Of a DNA stretch of 64,000 nucleotides, positions 63,660 through 64,000 are shown one piece after another. Within the stretch, counting starts at the first letter, position 1; each line of letters begins with the position of its first letter. This DNA comes from an uncultured Gemmatimonadales bacterium. GTDB lineage: Bacteria; Gemmatimonadota; Gemmatimonadetes; Longimicrobiales; RSA9. Location of the stretch: positions 55,767-119,766 of the forward strand of contig CAWAMW010000015.1 of NCBI GenBank assembly GCA_963783305.1, given 5' to 3'. Both the position numbers and the translations under genes were made by a program. Below the pieces are notes generated by a model. The model was given only the letters and a program-made list of their open reading frames with translations. It made no database searches and was not told the DNA's origin.

Positions 63660-64000
63660 TTGCTAGGCGATCTGTTCGAACGACTCGGCGCCACCCTTGG
63701 CACGCTCGACGCCAACCTTCGGGGGATGAGCGGCGCCAGCGCGAGACATCGGCCCCGTCAGGTCGCGGTCTATGACCCGGACTCCGGGGATGTCCACGAC
63801 CTGGAGGACGATGCCACGGAGACGGTCCAGAACGCCGCGATGGCCGCCGGCGCCGCCTGGCTCCTCTCGCGGGTGTTCCGCCCCCGCGATGTCAGCTGGC
63901 CACGGGTCGTGATCGCCGGCATTGCGGCCACCGCCCTGGCCGACATGGTCGGACGCTACCGGGAGGACGCGCCCGCCGCGGGCCGCCTGCCCTATGCCGA
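63660..64000 (+). CDS. hypothetical protein, N-terminal part (runs off window end)
   Basis: TTG at 63660 lies 5 nt after AGGAGG. LLGDLFERLGATLGTLDANLRGMSGAS..AAMAAGAAWLLSRVF..RVVIAGIAATALADMVGRY stays open to position 64000. It is not in the ORF track (edge effect) and no family is recognised. Confidence 0.4.
   Translation, partial: MLGDLFERLGATLGTLDANLRGMSGASARHRPRQVAVYDPDSGDVHDLEDDATETVQNAAMAAGAAWLLSRVFRPRDVSWPRVVIAGIAATALADMVGRYREDAPAAGRLPYA

Noticed and set aside
61991-63715. ORFs 61991..62986 (-), 62152..63666 (+) and 63068..63715 (-)
   Set aside because: They are alternate-frame or antisense shadows of the sodium:solute symporter, whose frame gives about 13 clean TM helices.

Overview
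High-G+C (roughly two-thirds by eye, not computed), gene-dense bacterial chromosomal segment. I can support about 55 protein-coding genes. I found no rRNA or tRNA, no CRISPR array, no transposase, integrase or phage genes, and no recognisable defence or toxin-antitoxin system. The gene content suggests a Gemmatimonadota/Acidobacteriota-like Gram-negative (inference only): a SusC/SusD pair, PadR plus an ADOP/MacB-type duplicated permease, LVIVD and DUF305 proteins, many lipoproteins and secreted hydrolases, and a class II ribonucleotide reductase. Many long ORFs in the supplied track are antisense or alternate-frame shadows of real genes, as expected in high-GC DNA. The track also translates GTG/TTG first codons as M, so I re-derived several starts from internal ATGs, Shine-Dalgarno motifs and signal peptides. 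One real gene (1..1148, minus) is missing from the track because it runs off the window edge. I did not find a clear-cut, complete novel system. The best candidates for a second look are: (1) a co-directional cluster at 42.6-50.1 kb encoding Met/His-rich periplasmic proteins, DUF305, an LVIVD propeller, a chemoreceptor and a DUF134/NifX-like pair, possibly an uncharacterised metal-handling module; (2) a 141-bp element at 38.9-39.1 kb with perfect 24-bp AT-rich terminal inverted repeats plus an adjacent 15-bp tandem duplication; (3) an 11-unit heptanucleotide AGATCYY array with GATC sites phased in multiples of 7 bp, abutting the nrdJ stop codon; (4) a large HExxH-PD40-beta-barrel gene broken by two -1 frameshifts; (5) a SusCD operon partnered with peptidases rather than CAZymes; (6) a secreted glycine-rich 16-residue solenoid-repeat protein. 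Several further short tandem repeats and inverted repeats are listed separately. All functional calls rest on motif recognition by eye, not on database searches.
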